The position numbers were made by a program, and so were the translations under genes. The notes beneath the pieces were generated by a model. That model made no database searches. It had not been told where the DNA came from and saw only the letters and a program-made list of their open reading frames with translations. From Mobula birostris (Eukaryota): a stretch of DNA of 64,000 bases. The stretch is from the NCBI RefSeq assembly GCF_030028105.1, contig NC_092390.1, positions 52,682,777 to 52,746,776 on the forward strand. The letters run 5' to 3'. This document shows, piece after piece, positions 61,158 to 64,000 of the stretch. Each line of letters starts with the position of its first letter. The stretch's first letter is position 1.

Positions 61158-64000
61158 GGATCTGTTTTGGGGTAAGGATGAATTGTACAGAAGGGACGGG
61201 TTGCACCTTAACAGGCGGGGGACCAGCATTCTGGCAGGCAGGTTTGCCACTGCTACACGGGTGTGTTTAAACTAAGTAGTCGGGGGGGGGGAGGTGGAAA
61301 GGAAATATAAAGATGGAGTTAAAGGGAAAGAGAGAATAAGGAAAGTTAAGAAAGACAACAGAGTTAACGGGTCAGAAAGCTCAGGAAGGGATCGGAGAGT
61401 ATGGCCAAGTGCAATAGGAATCGATGTGAAAGGTGAGGGGAGTAATGGATTTAAAGTATTATATATGAATGCACGAAGTATAAGAAATAAAGTGGATGAG
61501 CTTGAGGCTGAGTTGGAAATTGGCAAGTATGATGTTGTAGGAATAACAGAGACATGGCTGCAAGAGGACCAGGGTTGGGAAATGAATACTCAAGTGTATA
61601 CATCCTATCGAAAGGACAGACAGGTGGGCAGAGGGGTGGGGTGGCTCTGTTGGTGAGGAATGAAATTCAGTCCCTTGCGAGGGGTGACATAGAATCAGGA
61701 GATGTAGAGTCAGTATAGATAGAACTGAGAAATTGTAAGGGCAAAAACACCCTAATGGGAGTTATCTATAGGCCCCCAAACAGTAGCCTGGATATAGGGT
61801 GCAAGTTGAATCAAGAGTTAAAATTGGCATGTCGCAAAAGCAATGCTACGGTTGTTATGGGGGATTTGAACATGCAGGTAGATTGGGAAAATCAGGTTGG
61901 TACTGGACCCCAAGAAATGGAGTTTGTGGAGTGCCTCCGAGATGGATTCTTAGAGCAGCTTGTACTGGAGCCTATCAGGGAGAAGGCAATTCTGGATCTA
62001 GTCTTGTGTAATGAACCAGATTTGATAAGGGTACTCGAGGTAAAGGAGCCATTAGGAGGTAGTGACCATAATATGATAAGTTTTAAACTACAATTTGAGA
62101 GGGAGAAGGGAAAATCAGAAGCGTCAGTATTGCAGTTGAACAAAGGGGACTATGGAGCCATGAGGGAGGAGCTGGCCAAAGTTGGCTGGAAAGATACTCT
62201 AGCAGGGATGACAGTGGAATAACAATGGCAGGTATTTCTGGGAATAATACAGAAGATGCAGGATCAGTTCATTTCAAAGAGGATGAAAGATTCTAAGGGG
62301 AGTAAGGGGCAACCATGGCTGACAGGGAAGCCAAGGATAGTATAAAAATAAAAGAGAAGAAGTATAACATAGCCAAGATGAGCGGGAAGCCAGAGGATTG
62401 GGAAACTTTTAAAGAGCAACAGAGGATAACTAAAAAGGCATTACAGGGAGAAAAGATGAGATATGAAGGCAAGCTAGCCAAGAATATAAAGGAAGATAGT
62501 AAAAGCTTCTTTAGGTATGTGAAGAGGAAGAAATTAGTTAAGACCAAAGTTGGGCCCTTGAAGACAGAAACGGGTGAATTTATTATTGGGAACAAGGAAA
62601 TGGCAGATGAGTTGAACAGGTACTTTGGATCTGTCTTCACTAGGGAAGACACAAACAATCTCCCAGGTATAATAGTGACCAGAGGACCTAGGGTAAAGGA
62701 GGAACTGTAGGAGATTCACATTAGACAGAAAATGGTGTTGGATAGACTGATGGGACTGAAGGCTGATATATCCCCAGGGCCTGATGGGCTGCACCCCAGG
62801 GTACTTAAGGAGGTGGCTCTAGAAATCGTGGATGCATTAGTAATTATTTTCCAATGTTCTATAGATTCAGGATCAGTTCCTGAGGACTGGAGGGTAGCTA
62901 ATGTTATCCCACTTTTTAAGAAAGGAGGGAGAGAGAAAACAGGGAATTATAGACCAGTTAGCCTGACATCAGTGGTGGGGAAGATGCTGGAGTCAATTAT
63001 AAAGGATGAAATAGCAGCACATTTGGATAGCAGTAACAGGACCGGTCCAAATCAGCATGGATTTACGAAGGGGAAATCATGCTTGACTAATCTCCTGGAG
63101 TTTTTTGAGGACATAACTATGAAAATGGACAAGGGAGAGCCAGTAGATGTAGTGTACCTGGACTTTCAGAAAGCCATTAATGATTTAGATGAAGGGATTA
63201 AAAGTAACATTAGCTTTGCAGGTGACACAAAGCTGGGTGGCAGTGTGAAATGTGCAGAGGATGTTGAGATAATGCAGGATGACTTGGACAGGTTGGGTGA
63301 GCGGGCAGATGCAGTTTACTGTGGATAAATGTGAGGTTATATATTTTGGTGGCAAGAACAGGAAGGTAGATTACTACTTGAATGGTGTCAAGTTAGGAAA
63401 AGGGGAAGTACAACGAGATCTTGGTGTCCTTGTTCATCAGTCACTGAAAGTAAGCATGCAGGTACAGCAGGCAGTGAAGAAAGCTAAGGGCATATTGGCC
63501 TTCATAACAAGGGGAGTTGAGTATAAGAGCAAAGAGGTCCTTCTGCAGTTGTACAGGGCCCTGCTGAGATCACACCTGGAGCATTGTGTATAGTTTTGGT
63601 CTTCAAATTTGAGGAAGGACATTCTTGCTATTGAGGGAGTGCAGCGGAGGTTCATGAGGTTAATTCCCGGGATGGCGGGACTGTCATATGTTGAAAGATT
63701 GGAGTGACTGTGCTTGTATACACTGGAATTTAGAAGGATGAGAGGGGATCTGATTGAAACATAAGATTATTAAGGGATTGGACACGCTAGAGGCAGGAAA
63801 CATGTTCCCGATGTTGAGAGAGTCCAGAACCAGAGGCCACAATTTTAGAATAAGGGGTAGGCCATTTAGAACGGAGTTGAGGAAAAACTTTATCACCCAG
63901 AGAGTTGTGGATCTGTGGAATGCTCTGCCCCAGAAGGCAGTGGAGGCCAATTCTCTGGATGCTTTCAAGAAAGAGTTAGATAGAGCTCTTAATGATGGCG
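61158..64000 (+). mobile_element. CR1 LINE: end of ORF1 (SGNH esterase) and disrupted ORF2 (APE endonuclease, RT); runs off the window
   Basis: RRDGLHLNRRG; LYMNARSIRNK..GITETW; GVIYRPP; GSDHN; GPDGLHPRVLKE; NYRPVSLTS; frameshifts, stops and an RT deletion. Confidence 0.95.

Overview
Vertebrate genomic DNA. The repeat landscape (CR1/HER1-like LINEs, HE1-like V-SINEs, Rex/Babar, several Penelope families) points to a cartilaginous fish, probably a ray; this is inference. Two protein-coding genes sit head-to-head around a CpG island at about 25.3-26.4 kb. ACADSB is on the minus strand: six coding exons were traced with GT-AG boundaries, and the gene continues off the left edge. IKZF5/Pegasus is on the plus strand: complete CDS of three coding exons, 414 aa. 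A second CpG island at about 50.6-51.7 kb looks like the promoter and first exon of an unidentified gene; PSTK, the neighbour in human, was not found. Most remaining sequence is decayed transposons. The most notable unannotated signal is about a dozen minimal hammerhead-ribozyme motifs (CUGANGA-stem II-GAAAC(G/A)UC) at the ends of three distinct Penelope-like families. Several lie in inverted or palindromic arrangements, including an inverted element bracketed by an 11-bp target duplication just downstream of IKZF5. Intronic copies are mostly antisense to the host transcript, and no copy is fully intact. All coordinates and pairings were read by eye; repeat boundaries are approximate.
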